Assembly: GCA_050253335.1 (NCBI GenBank)
Contig: JBFWJG010000048.1
Location: forward strand, 1-16,899
Reading direction: 5' to 3'
Length of the DNA: 16,899 nt
Origin: Deferribacterales bacterium
Lineage (GTDB): Bacteria > Chrysiogenota > Deferribacteres > Deferribacterales > Geovibrionaceae
Every line of letters starts with the position of its first letter. Within the stretch, counting starts at the first letter, position 1. Shown here piece after piece: positions 1 through 8,609 of this stretch. A model generated the notes under the pieces. That model searched no databases. It saw nothing but the letters and a program-made list of their open reading frames with translations, and was not told the origin of the DNA. A program made the translations under genes and the position numbers.

Positions 1-237
1 ATGATGAGCGAGAACGAACAGCATAAAACAGCGGCAATGAGCGCCGTTCTCCGCGCGGCGGACGGGTTGGACAGGTCGCACAAATCACTTGTGAAGGATG
101 TTGAAGTCACAGTCAAACCAAAGAAAATTGAGATAAAGCTTGTTTCCGAGCACAACCTTTCCCTCGAAAAGAAAAAGTTCGGGATGAAAAAGGATCTTCT
201 GGAAGAGATAAGCGGGAAGGAGCTGATTATTTTATGA
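1..237 (+). CDS. ppx: C-terminal fragment of a Ppx/GppA family phosphatase (5' part outside the window)
   Basis: LRAADGLDRSH matches the Ppx/GppA C-terminal LRxADxLDxSH motif and is paralogous to LRIADSLDTSH in the next ORF. The frame is open from base 1. Its TGA overlaps the next ATG (ATGA 234-237). Confidence 0.85.
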   Translation: MMSENEQHKTAAMSAVLRAADGLDRSHKSLVKDVEVTVKPKKIEIKLVSEHNLSLEKKKFGMKKDLLEEISGKELIIL

Positions 238-1751
238 AAAACGGTCTTTTTGCTACGATCAATATAGGCGCCAGCGCCTTCCGTATGCAGATCTCCGAGT
301 TTAATGACGGTCAGGAGCGCATAATGGAAACTCTGGTGAAGCCCCTCGGCCTCGGCAAGGACACCTTCACCAAGGGCTACATAACGCTGGACAGTGTTTA
401 CAAGGCTACGAATATCTTACAGATGTTCCGCCATAAGCTGGACGAATACGGCATTAAGAAGAACTACAAATGCGTCTGCACCAGCGGGGTCAGAGAAGCC
501 CGAAACCGCTATTTCCTCATAGACCATGTGCTGAACAAAACGGGGCTCAAGCTTGACGTTATTGAGCCTTCGGATGAGATATACATAAAATACATCGGCG
601 TTAAGAACGACATAAAGAACTTTGAAAGCTACGAGAAAAAGGGCGTTCTCTTTGCCAATATCTCAAGCGGCAACGTGTCCATTAACATCCTCAAGGACGA
701 CACAAGCATCTTCTCCGGCTCACTCCCTTACGGAAGCCTGCGCCTGCGCCAGCTTTTCAAGGGAATACCCATACACAGCAGGTACAAGGCCTATAACCAG
801 TATGTGGAGACAATGTTCAACACCATAAACTCGTCCCTCGGCGGTTCGCCTAAGATAAAATATCTTGTCTGCTCCGGCAGTTCGGTAAACACCCTCCAGT
901 TCATCTTCAACCCTAAGGAGAACTATTTCCACCGAACCAAGCTTGAGGAGCTTTACGAAAGGGTGAAGGACAAGACTTCTCAGGAGAATATGACCATGCT
1001 GGGCATAAGGATAAGCGAGGCGAAGGTGCTTGTGCCCATGCTTGAGACTTATCTGCGCCTTATGCAGTTTGTGGGCACGGACAAGGTGCAGTTCAGCCGT
1101 AAGTCCTTTCCCAACGTGCTCACGAGATATTACTCAAATAATATACGCGACAACGGCTTCAGGGGCAGGCTCCGCAACACGCTTTACCATCTGGGCAGAC
1201 GCTATAACTTTGACGAGCCCCATTCAAAGGTGGTGACCGACTATTCCGTTCAGATTTTCGATGCATTGGGCGATCTCCACAACCTCGGCATGAACGAGAG
1301 GATGCTCCTTGAAGCGGCGGCGATTCTCCATGACATAGGCTATTATATTGATGCGAAAATGCACCACGAACACTCCTACTACATAGCTAAGGCATTTGAC
1401 ATGCCCGGTCTGGATCAGGAGCAGATAAAAATAATCGCCTTCCTTGTCCTCATGCACAGGGTGGGCACTGATGAAACCGCGGAGACGAGGCTTTCATACC
1501 TCAATATGGAGACACAGCTTACGATCAGAAAGCTGGTGAGCATTCTGCGCATTGCGGATTCGCTGGACACAAGCCACATGCAGCTTGTGGAGAGCGTTGA
1601 TGTCGAGGTGCTGAGCAGTAAAATAATAATAAAGGCAAGAACCAGAAAGCACGCCTATCTGGAAAAGCTGGGATTTGACCAGAAGAAGGATATGTTCCTT
1701 GAAACATTCGGTATTCCCGTTGAACTGGAGATGAAGGTACTATATGAGTGA
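234..1751 (+). CDS. ppx: Ppx/GppA family protein (ASKHA + HD domains) with degenerate catalytic motifs
   Basis: 505 aa. INIGASAFRM (cf. DxGSNS), CTSGVREARN (cf. ATSAxRxAxN), GSLPYGSLRL, HD motif AAILHDIG, HHEHSYY, LRIADSLD. Overlaps ppk1 by 8 bp. Confidence 0.9.
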   Translation: MKNGLFATINIGASAFRMQISEFNDGQERIMETLVKPLGLGKDTFTKGYITLDSVYKATNILQMFRHKLDEYGIKKNYKCVCTSGVREARNRYFLIDHVLNKTGLKLDVIEPSDEIYIKYIGVKNDIKNFESYEKKGVLFANISSGNVSINILKDDTSIFSGSLPYGSLRLRQLFKGIPIHSRYKAYNQYVETMFNTINSSLGGSPKIKYLVCSGSSVNTLQFIFNPKENYFHRTKLEELYERVKDKTSQENMTMLGIRISEAKVLVPMLETYLRLMQFVGTDKVQFSRKSFPNVLTRYYSNNIRDNGFRGRLRNTLYHLGRRYNFDEPHSKVVTDYSVQIFDALGDLHNLGMNERMLLEAAAILHDIGYYIDAKMHHEHSYYIAKAFDMPGLDQEQIKIIAFLVLMHRVGTDETAETRLSYLNMETQLTIRKLVSILRIADSLDTSHMQLVESVDVEVLSSKIIIKARTRKHAYLEKLGFDQKKDMFLETFGIPVELEMKVLYE

Positions 1752-3756
1752 GTATAAATTTATAAACAGGGAAATAAGCTGGCTCCAGTTTAACGAGCGG
1801 GTGCTGAGAGAGGCGGAGGACGGGAGTGTTCCGCTTCTGGAAAAGCTGAAGTTTCTGGCTATCTTCTCGTCCAATCTGGACGAGTTTTTTATGATCCGCG
1901 TTGCAGGGCTTTATGATCAGGTGGACGCGAAGTACAACATAAAGGATGCCTCCGGACACACCCCGAAAGAGCTTCTTGCGAAAATATCAGAGACGGCGCA
2001 CAGGCTGGTTAAGGATCAGCAGAAAATTTTCCGCAAAGTGATAAAGGAATGCGCCCGCCACCACATAGTCATCCAGCCGGAGATAGACGGCGAGCTCTCA
2101 GACATAGTCGAATCCATATTCAATGACGAGATACAGCCCCTCATATCCCCCGTTACCCTGAGTGCGGCGAACCCTTTTCCGTTTATATACAACCTGCGCC
2201 AGTGCATTTTTGTGAAGCTTGAGAAAGGGGGCGAAACCCACTACTCCATAATAATAATCCCTGAAAACCTCCAGAGGGTGTTCAAAATCCGCCTGCACCG
2301 CACATACTGCATCACCAGCGAGGAGATAATCGCCCGATGCCTTCCGCAGGTTTATCCGGGCTATAAGGTAACGGACAGCTACACCCTCCGTCTCACAAGA
2401 AACGCCGACCTCACTGTGGAGGAGGACGAGGCTCAGGATCTGCTGAAAATAATAGAAAAGAAGCTCCCCTCACGCAAGAAGGGGAACGTGGTCAGGGTTG
2501 AGCTTGACAAAACCGCGCCGGATGCGGTGCTGAAGTTCCTTCAGGAGCATATCGGATTTGATGACGAGGATGTTTACATTGTGGACAAACCTCTGGATCT
2601 CACTTTCCTTTTCTCCATAGCAGACGGCAATCCGGATCTTATGTACCCTGAACACAAGCCCTTTGTGCCTTACGGACTGACTGCGGATGAAAATATTTTC
2701 GAAAGGCTCAAGGAGCGGGACTTTATTTTCTACCGCCCGTATCACGATTTCGGGTTTAATTCAGCTCTGATACGCCGCGCCGCTGTTGATGATCAGGTTC
2801 TGGCGATAAAAATGACCCTCTACAGGGCTAACCGCGGCTCAAGCATTGTGGAGTCCCTTTCCGAGGCCGCTAGGAGGGGCAAGCAGGTCTGCGTGGTGAT
2901 AGAACTCAAGGCGCGCTTTGATGAGGAGCGCAACGTGGGCTGGGCAAAAAAGCTTGAGGAAGCGGGATGCATAGTCACTTACGGCATACCCGGACTGAAG
3001 ATCCACTCCAAAAACCTCCAGATAATAAGGAAGGAACCGCAGGGAATAGTCCGCTACAGCTATCTTTCCACAGGGAACTTCAACGAGGCGACAGCGAAGA
3101 TATACACAGACATAGACTACATCACGGCGGATGAAACCGTGGGCAAGGAGTGCGCGAATCTGTTCAACCTGCTGATGGGTTATACTGACTATGCTGACTG
3201 GGACAGGATAAGCGTCGCTCCCACAGGGCTTAAAGCTAAAATACTCTCCCTCATAGACTACGAGATAGAAAACGCGAAGGCGGGCAAAAAGGCGGAGATG
3301 ATCGTTAAAATCAACTCGCTGATAGATAAGGAGCTTATCATGAAGCTCCACGATGCCTCCCGGGCGGGCGTTAAGATAGAGATGATAATACGCGGAATCT
3401 GCGGGATGACTGCGGGAGTTAAAGGGCTGACGGAAAACATAAGCATCCGCAGTATCATAGGCCGTTTTCTGGAACATCCACGCATAATCTGTTTTTATCA
3501 CGGCGGCAAAAAGCGGCTTTTCATATCCACTGCGGACTGGATGGAACGCAACATGCACTCAAGGGTGGAACAGCTTTTCGAGATTACGGATAAAAACGCC
3601 AAAGAATTTATGATGACAATACTTTCCAGTAATCTGAGAGACAATACCAAGTCATGGGTTCTGGAAGGGGAAACATACAGAAAGCTGAAGCCCGCAGATG
3701 GTGAAGAGCCTCATAACACTCAGGAGTTCTTCATCGGAAAACAGATATGCAGTTAG
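1744..3756 (+). CDS. ppk1: Polyphosphate kinase 1
   Basis: 670 aa. NREISWLQFNERVL, FLAIFSSNLDEFFMIRVAGL, IKMTLYR, ELKARFDEERN, GLKIHSK (phospho-His), GRFLEHPR, STADWMERN. Confidence 0.98.
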   Translation: MSEYKFINREISWLQFNERVLREAEDGSVPLLEKLKFLAIFSSNLDEFFMIRVAGLYDQVDAKYNIKDASGHTPKELLAKISETAHRLVKDQQKIFRKVIKECARHHIVIQPEIDGELSDIVESIFNDEIQPLISPVTLSAANPFPFIYNLRQCIFVKLEKGGETHYSIIIIPENLQRVFKIRLHRTYCITSEEIIARCLPQVYPGYKVTDSYTLRLTRNADLTVEEDEAQDLLKIIEKKLPSRKKGNVVRVELDKTAPDAVLKFLQEHIGFDDEDVYIVDKPLDLTFLFSIADGNPDLMYPEHKPFVPYGLTADENIFERLKERDFIFYRPYHDFGFNSALIRRAAVDDQVLAIKMTLYRANRGSSIVESLSEAARRGKQVCVVIELKARFDEERNVGWAKKLEEAGCIVTYGIPGLKIHSKNLQIIRKEPQGIVRYSYLSTGNFNEATAKIYTDIDYITADETVGKECANLFNLLMGYTDYADWDRISVAPTGLKAKILSLIDYEIENAKAGKKAEMIVKINSLIDKELIMKLHDASRAGVKIEMIIRGICGMTAGVKGLTENISIRSIIGRFLEHPRIICFYHGGKKRLFISTADWMERNMHSRVEQLFEITDKNAKEFMMTILSSNLRDNTKSWVLEGETYRKLKPADGEEPHNTQEFFIGKQICS

Positions 3757-3769
3757 CCGTAAGCTTCCG

Positions 3770-3817
3770 TTGCCTTTTATTATCTCAGGGTGTATTTTAA
3801 TAAGATAAAATACATCC
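3770..3817 (+). promoter_or_regulatory. Putative sigma70 promoter overlapped by an inverted repeat (possible operator) upstream of the microprotein
   Basis: TTGCCT (3770-3775), 17 bp, TATTTT (3793-3798). Inverted repeat GGGTGTATTTTA (3788-3799), ATAAGA, TAAAATACATCC (3806-3817), 11/12 complementary. Confidence 0.45.
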
Positions 3818-3832
3818 TATTAAGGTGCGGTC

Positions 3833-3964
3833 ATGGCAAAGATGTGCAAACTCTCAAAATCCGAACGGAAAGAAAAACTGGACGGCGAAAAACCGAAATA
3901 CATCTGCAAATGCGGCAAAGAAGCCGTAAAAGAAAAGCACCTCTGCAAGCCGGAGAAGAAATAA
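3833..3964 (+). CDS. 43-aa Cys/Lys-rich small protein, possibly metal-binding (absent from the supplied ORF track)
   Basis: Manual translation: MAKMCKLSKSERKEKLDGEKPKYICKCGKEAVKEKHLCKPEKK*. SD-like AAGGTG at 3822-3827, ATG 3833, TAA 3962-3964. Has 4 Cys, 1 His and 14 Lys. Confidence 0.8.
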   Translation: MAKMCKLSKSERKEKLDGEKPKYICKCGKEAVKEKHLCKPEKK

Positions 3965-4100
3965 GGCACAGGATGTGCCGCCGCCGTGCGCAGCGAAGCC
4001 GCATTCATTGCGGAGTGAGCGTGTATAAAAAATTCCCACGGAGGGAGAATTTTTTATTGTTAAATAAGACACAGGATGTGCCGCCGCCGTGCGCAGCGAA
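3959..4100 (+). repeat. 39-bp direct repeat pair (103-bp period) with internal hairpins; REP-like
   Basis: AAATAAG(G/A)CACAGGATGTGCCGCCGCCGTGCGCAGCGAA at 3959-3997 and 4062-4100 (1 mismatch). The 64-nt spacer holds the hairpins CCGCA-TTCAT-TGCGG and ATAAAAAATTC...GAATTTTTTAT. Confidence 0.85.
4025..4057. terminator. Possible bidirectional terminator-like hairpin
   Basis: ATAAAAAATTC-CCACGGAGGGA-GAATTTTTTAT: A-run on the left, T-run on the right, lying between convergent transcription units. Confidence 0.45.
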
Positions 4101-4120
4101 AGGCTTTTCCATAATATCCA

Positions 4121-4216
4121 TAAATCCCCCTCAATCCCCCTTTGCTAAAAGGGGGAAGCTATGTCTGCTGAAAGCAAAACACCCTCCTTTTGTAAAGGAG
4201 GGCGGGGGAGGATTTA
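4121..4216. repeat. ~95-bp REP/MITE-like palindromic element, copy 1
   Basis: Terminal inverted ends TAAATCC...GGATTTA. Internal hairpins TCCCCCTTT-GCTA-AAAGGGGGA (4135-4156) and CCCTCCTTT-TGT-AAAGGAGGG (4182-4202). An inverted homologous copy lies at 15614-15709. Confidence 0.85.
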
Positions 4217-4253
4217 TCCAAAGGTATACTTTAAAAGAGCTTTGAAGCAAGCC

Positions 4254-4269
4254 GGGGGCCGGAGCCCCC
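4254..4269 (-). terminator. GC-rich hairpin just after the potD stop; possible terminator or 3' stabiliser
   Basis: GGGGGC-CGGA-GCCCCC, 5 nt beyond the potD stop. The U-tract is poor. Confidence 0.4.
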
Positions 4270-4274
4270 TCATG

Positions 4275-5303
4275 TTACTTGCCTGTTTTCAGCATTTCCC
4301 AGTATTTTTCGTATATCAGGATAGCATCGCCCACATCTTCCTGAAATTCTCCTTTCGCGACAATCGCATCAGAAGGGTAGGAGATCGGGTTGTTCCTCAC
4401 CTCAGGGTCAAGAAGCTTTTTGCCCTCTCTGTTAGGGATGGCGTAACCTATCTCTTCGCTGATTATTTTCGCTATCTCGGGTCTGAGAACGAAGTTTATG
4501 AAAGCGTGCGCCTCGTTGATGTTCTTGGCGTTTTTGGGAATGGCGAAGTTGTCCATCCAGAGGATTACGCCTTCTTTCGGGTAAACATATCTCATGGAGG
4601 GCATCTCTTCCTGAGCGAGGAAAGCCTCGCCGTTCCAGTTCATGCCGATTGTCACTTCGCCGTTGATATAAGGCACCTTGGGGGACTCGGAGTTAAATGT
4701 GCGCACTGAGGGCATAAGCTTTTTCAGCAGTTCATAGGCGGCTTTTATTTCGGCTTCCTTTATTGTGTTGCCGGAGTAGCCGAGCTGAACAAGCGCCATC
4801 TGGAAAACCTCGCGCACATCATCCGTGAGAAGAATTTTTCCTTTGTATTTGGGCTGCCAGAGAACGCTCCAGCTGTCAATTTTATCCTTCACAAGATCCG
4901 CGTTGTATGAAAGTCCGGTGCTTCCCCAGAGATAAGGAACGCTGTAGTCGTTGCCGGGGTCATAGGGCTTGTTCAGCAGACTTTTCTCAAGGTTTTTGAA
5001 GTTGCTTATTTTATTTTTGTCGATCTTGGCGAGGAGGTTTTCCTTCCTCATTTTGCTCACATAGTAGGTGGAGGGGACAATAAGGTCGTACCCTTTGCCG
5101 CTTATGAGCTTGACTTTGGCATACATTGCCTCGTTGCTGTCGTAGGTGTTGTAGATGACCTTGATACCGGTCTCTTTCTGGAACTTCTGGATTACTTCCT
5201 CAGGCATATACTCTGACCAGTTGTACAGGTAGAGTTCCTTTGCGGATGCCGCAAGGGGCATACTCATAACCAGAAGAAGTGCAAGAATTTTAAACAGTTT
5301 CAT
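4275..5303 (-). CDS. potD: Spermidine/putrescine ABC transporter periplasmic binding protein
   Basis: Signal peptide MKLFKILALLLVMSMPLAASA. LYNWSEY, TYDSNEAMYAK, YDLIVPSTYYV, YSVPYLWGSTG, WNGEA, WMDNFAIP, GEFQEDVG are PotD-like. Confidence 0.93.
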   Translation of the reverse strand: MKLFKILALLLVMSMPLAASAKELYLYNWSEYMPEEVIQKFQKETGIKVIYNTYDSNEAMYAKVKLISGKGYDLIVPSTYYVSKMRKENLLAKIDKNKISNFKNLEKSLLNKPYDPGNDYSVPYLWGSTGLSYNADLVKDKIDSWSVLWQPKYKGKILLTDDVREVFQMALVQLGYSGNTIKEAEIKAAYELLKKLMPSVRTFNSESPKVPYINGEVTIGMNWNGEAFLAQEEMPSMRYVYPKEGVILWMDNFAIPKNAKNINEAHAFINFVLRPEIAKIISEEIGYAIPNREGKKLLDPEVRNNPISYPSDAIVAKGEFQEDVGDAILIYEKYWEMLKTGK

Positions 5304-6067
5304 TTTCTCTCCCTCATCAAGAATTGCGACGTCATAACCATGACGAGCGAAAACAGTAATATAATCGCGCAGAGCGCGTTTATTTCAGGCTTAACGCCCA
5401 GTCTGACCATTGAGAATATGCGCAGGGGAAGAACCTCAAACCCCGGTCCGGTTACAAAAAAGGACACAATAACATCGTCCAGCGAAAGGGTGAAGCTGAG
5501 AAGCCATCCCGCAGCCACCGCAGGCAGGGACATGGGGAGGATTACTGATTTGAAAATCCTCATTTCGTCCGCGCCGAGGTCTTTCGCCGCTTCGATCACG
5601 TTTTTGTCAAACCCGCTGAGACGTGAAAAAACCGTAACCACCACAAAAGGGATGGAGAAGGTTATGTGCGACACAAGCAGAGTCCAGAAACCAAGTTCAA
5701 TCTTAATTGACGCAAACAGCACCAGAAGCGATATGCCCATCACGATATCCGGCGACATTATCACCACATATACGAGGGCATAAAGGAGCTTTTTGCCGAA
5801 AAAGCTGTATCTGTAAAGTGTTACCGCCGTCAGTGTGCCTATGACAGTCGCGGCGGACGCGGAGAGGAACGCCACGGTGAACGAGTTTACGGCGGCGTCA
5901 ATGAGCATGGTGTTGGAGGCGAGCTTGCCGTACCAGTCAAGGGTGAAGCCGCGCCAGCCAGTCATGTATTTGGAGGAGTTGAACGAGTTTACAACGAGGA
6001 TTATGACCGGTATATAAAGAAAAAGATACACCATCAGCATGTACATGCTTTTGAAAAATCTGCTCAT
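5300..6067 (-). CDS. potC: Polyamine ABC transporter permease
   Basis: FLYIPVIILVVNSFN, SPDIVMGISLL, EAA motif IEAAKDLGA, SFTLSLDDVIVSFFVTGP. 4-bp overlaps with both neighbours. Confidence 0.95.
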   Translation of the reverse strand: MSRFFKSMYMLMVYLFLYIPVIILVVNSFNSSKYMTGWRGFTLDWYGKLASNTMLIDAAVNSFTVAFLSASAATVIGTLTAVTLYRYSFFGKKLLYALVYVVIMSPDIVMGISLLVLFASIKIELGFWTLLVSHITFSIPFVVVTVFSRLSGFDKNVIEAAKDLGADEMRIFKSVILPMSLPAVAAGWLLSFTLSLDDVIVSFFVTGPGFEVLPLRIFSMVRLGVKPEINALCAIILLFSLVMVMTSQFLMRERK

Positions 6068-6927
6068 AGGGTGTTTTTCTCCCCGGCTTTCTGCACAAGT
6101 TTGGTGCTTTTGTAGTAAGCGAAGAGAAGCACCGCCATTATGCCGGTGAGCACAACGCTCACGGCGGAGCCAAAGGGCCAGTCACGGGCGGAGAGGAACT
6201 GGTTTTTGATCAGGTTGCCGATAAGCAGATCCTTTGCGCCACCCATGAGATCCGGTATGTAAAACAGGCAGAACGAAGGGAGAAAAACCAGAGTACATCC
6301 GGCTATTATTCCGGGCATTGTAAGGGGAATTATTATTTTTATAAAAGTCTGAATCTTGCCCGCGCCGAGATCACCCGCCGCTTCGATATACACCTTGTCC
6401 AGCTTCTCTATACTGGCGTAAAGGGGCAGAATCATGAACGGCAGGAGCGAATAAACCATGCCTATTGTCACGGCTGTTCCCGTGTACAGAAGCTGAAGAG
6501 GCTCATCTATAACCCCGAGCGCAAGAAGCACAGTGTTCAGCAGTCCGTTTGTTTTAAGCACAATCATGATTGCGTATGTGCGTATGAGGGAGCTTGTCCA
6601 GAAAGGGATGATTATGAGCATGAAAAGAACATTTTTCACACGCCCTTTCATTCTGGCCAGACGGTAGGCGAAGGGATAGCCCACAACAAGGCATATCAGC
6701 ATCGAGATGAAGGCCAGCCTGAAGGAATCCGCGAATACCTCAAAGTAAACGCTTGAGAATATTCTCTGATAGTTTTCCAGAGTGAACGTGAAAGTTACGA
6801 AATTGTTTTCGTGCCTTTCAAGAAAGCTCACTCCGAATACAAGTATATTGGGAACAAAAACAAAAATCAGAAACCATAATGATATTACGGATATTACTGC
6901 TGTTTTAAAGAGGCTTCTCTCATTCAT
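6064..6927 (-). CDS. potB: Polyamine ABC transporter permease (start moved to ATG 6927)
   Basis: [47 protein letters not shown]. The ATG at 6927 (MNERS...) overlaps the potA stop by 8 bp. Confidence 0.93.
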   Translation of the reverse strand: MNERSLFKTAVISVISLWFLIFVFVPNILVFGVSFLERHENNFVTFTFTLENYQRIFSSVYFEVFADSFRLAFISMLICLVVGYPFAYRLARMKGRVKNVLFMLIIIPFWTSSLIRTYAIMIVLKTNGLLNTVLLALGVIDEPLQLLYTGTAVTIGMVYSLLPFMILPLYASIEKLDKVYIEAAGDLGAGKIQTFIKIIIPLTMPGIIAGCTLVFLPSFCLFYIPDLMGGAKDLLIGNLIKNQFLSARDWPFGSAVSVVLTGIMAVLLFAYYKSTKLVQKAGEKNTL

Positions 6928-8020
6928 CGACCAGAACCACCTCCCAGCCGTCAACCCAGCTCACCGCCACATCCTGTCCGAGCTTGTAGTCAAACTCCTC
7001 ATATTCCTCATCGAAGAACTCGCTTGCCAGAAGCTTTTTGCCCGAAGGCAGGACTATTATGGACTCAAGGGTTGCGCCCTTGTAGGTGGTTTCCTCCACA
7101 CGGCCGAAGATAGAGCCCGCCTCCGGCTTTTCCGCCTTGGCCAGCTCTTCCACACGGATATCCTCCGGACGGAGAAGTATATTAACCTTTGCACCCTCCG
7201 CAGGGCGTTTCTTTGTATGTATTTCACATGAAAAGCCTTCAATTTTACAGGCAAATCCGTTGTCCGTATGCTTTTCCACCTGAGTACTCAGAATATTTAT
7301 TTCACCCACAAAGCGGGCTACAAAAAGATTGGCAGGCTGTTCATAAACCTGCTTGGGCGTGCCTGACTGCTGAATGATTCCTTCGTCCATAACGATAACA
7401 CGGTCGGACATGCTGAGCGCTTCTTCCTGATCGTGGGTCACGAAGATGAAAGTTATCCCCAGCCTGCGCTGAAGCTGTTTAAGCTCAACCTGCATCTGCT
7501 TGCGGAGCTTGAAATCAAGGGCGGAAAGGGGTTCGTCAAGGAGCAGGATGCGAGGCTTTTTCACCACAGCACGGGCTATGGCCACCCTCTGCTGCTGTCC
7601 GCCTGAAAGCTGACCCGGTTTTCTGTCCGCGTATTCGGACATTTTGACCATGCGGAGAACTTCGTCCACGTGGGTCTTGATTTCGTGTTTCGGCATTTTG
7701 TCCATATTAAGCCCGAAAGCGACGTTTTCAAAAACTGTCATGTGGGGGAAAAGAGCATAGCTCTGAAAAACAGTGTTCACATGCCTTTTATTAGGCGGCA
7801 GGTCTGTTATGTCGTTTCCTGCGAGCAGGATTCTCCCTTCATCGGGCTGTTCAAACCCCGCAATGAGGCGGAGGATTGTTGTTTTGCCGCATCCGGACGG
7901 ACCGAGAAGGGTGACAAACTCTCCGTCTGATATGGAGAGATTGAGATTCTTCAAAATGGTATTCTCGCCGAATGATTTTGTAATGCTGTTCAGTTCTATT
8001 AAAGGTGCATTCTGTTTCAT
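6920..8020 (-). CDS. potA: Polyamine ABC transporter ATP-binding protein (start moved to ATG 8020)
   Basis: Walker [31 protein letters not shown] signature, [14 protein letters not shown], and a PotA-like C-terminus (SEFFDE...[11 protein letters not shown]). Confidence 0.95.
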   Translation of the reverse strand: MKQNAPLIELNSITKSFGENTILKNLNLSISDGEFVTLLGPSGCGKTTILRLIAGFEQPDEGRILLAGNDITDLPPNKRHVNTVFQSYALFPHMTVFENVAFGLNMDKMPKHEIKTHVDEVLRMVKMSEYADRKPGQLSGGQQQRVAIARAVVKKPRILLLDEPLSALDFKLRKQMQVELKQLQRRLGITFIFVTHDQEEALSMSDRVIVMDEGIIQQSGTPKQVYEQPANLFVARFVGEINILSTQVEKHTDNGFACKIEGFSCEIHTKKRPAEGAKVNILLRPEDIRVEELAKAEKPEAGSIFGRVEETTYKGATLESIIVLPSGKKLLASEFFDEEYEEFDYKLGQDVAVSWVDGWEVVLVDE

Positions 8021-8027
8021 TCCGCAG

Positions 8028-8057
8028 TATTTACAGGAAAATTGCAAACTATGTCAA
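8028..8057 (-). promoter_or_regulatory. Putative promoter for potABCD
   Basis: Minus strand reads TTGACA (8057-8052), 18 bp, TAAATA (8033-8028), 7 nt, ATG. The -35 is perfect but the -10 is weak. Confidence 0.4.
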
Positions 8058-8609
8058 GTTTTTCAGTAAGTGTTTCATAACATATTGCAGATTCTTGACA
8101 AAATCCATGTTCATAATTTCTGTTTCATGTGTGAAAAAGTGCGTTTCAGGGCGGTATATGCGAGGCGATTTCTTGAAAAATGTATTTTTATGAAAATATG
8201 AATCCAAAATTAAGGTAAAAATAAGTGAAAAGTATAAGATTGCGTAAAAAATGCCTGTCCGAAATCAATATGTTTTTAAAGAAACTTTATTGTCTTTTAA
8301 CCGTATTCAACTTTGGGTTAACTTTTATCCGAAAATTATTAAAACATTGTTAATCTTTTAAGAGTGTCTGAGCATATGCTTATTGATTAGTTTTTTAATA
8401 ATGGGTATAGGTGTTTTCTATAGTCAAAAAAGACTCAATATATCATATATTTAACAATAATAATCGTGTTTTATTTTTGGCGTGTTTTTAATGTTAAATT
8501 ATACGCCTATTATTAAATAGAGGGTGATTGTTTTATTAGTGAAAAACTTTTTATTCTGTCTTGAAAAGCGGATGGAATGGTGTATTGTCAAGTTAAGAGG
8601 TGATGCAGT

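Noticed and set aside
3959..4100. Mini CRISPR array
   Set aside because: Only two repeats, a 64-nt structured spacer, and no cas genes or leader in the window.
3790..4709. ORFs 3790-4245 (+), 3820-4008 (-), 3854-4072 (-) and 4161-4709 (+)
   Set aside because: They run through repeats or antisense to potD and lack an SD. The 43-aa ORF in another frame has the SD and a coherent motif.
6928..8047. Longer starts for potB (6954) and potA (8047) in the ORF track
   Set aside because: The extensions use non-ATG starts inside potA or across its promoter. ATG 6927 and ATG 8020 give typical N-termini.
8021..8609. oriC or dif site
   Set aside because: No cluster of TTATCCACA-type DnaA boxes. TAATGTTAAAT (8489-8499) resembles a XerD arm, but no XerC arm lies 6 bp away.
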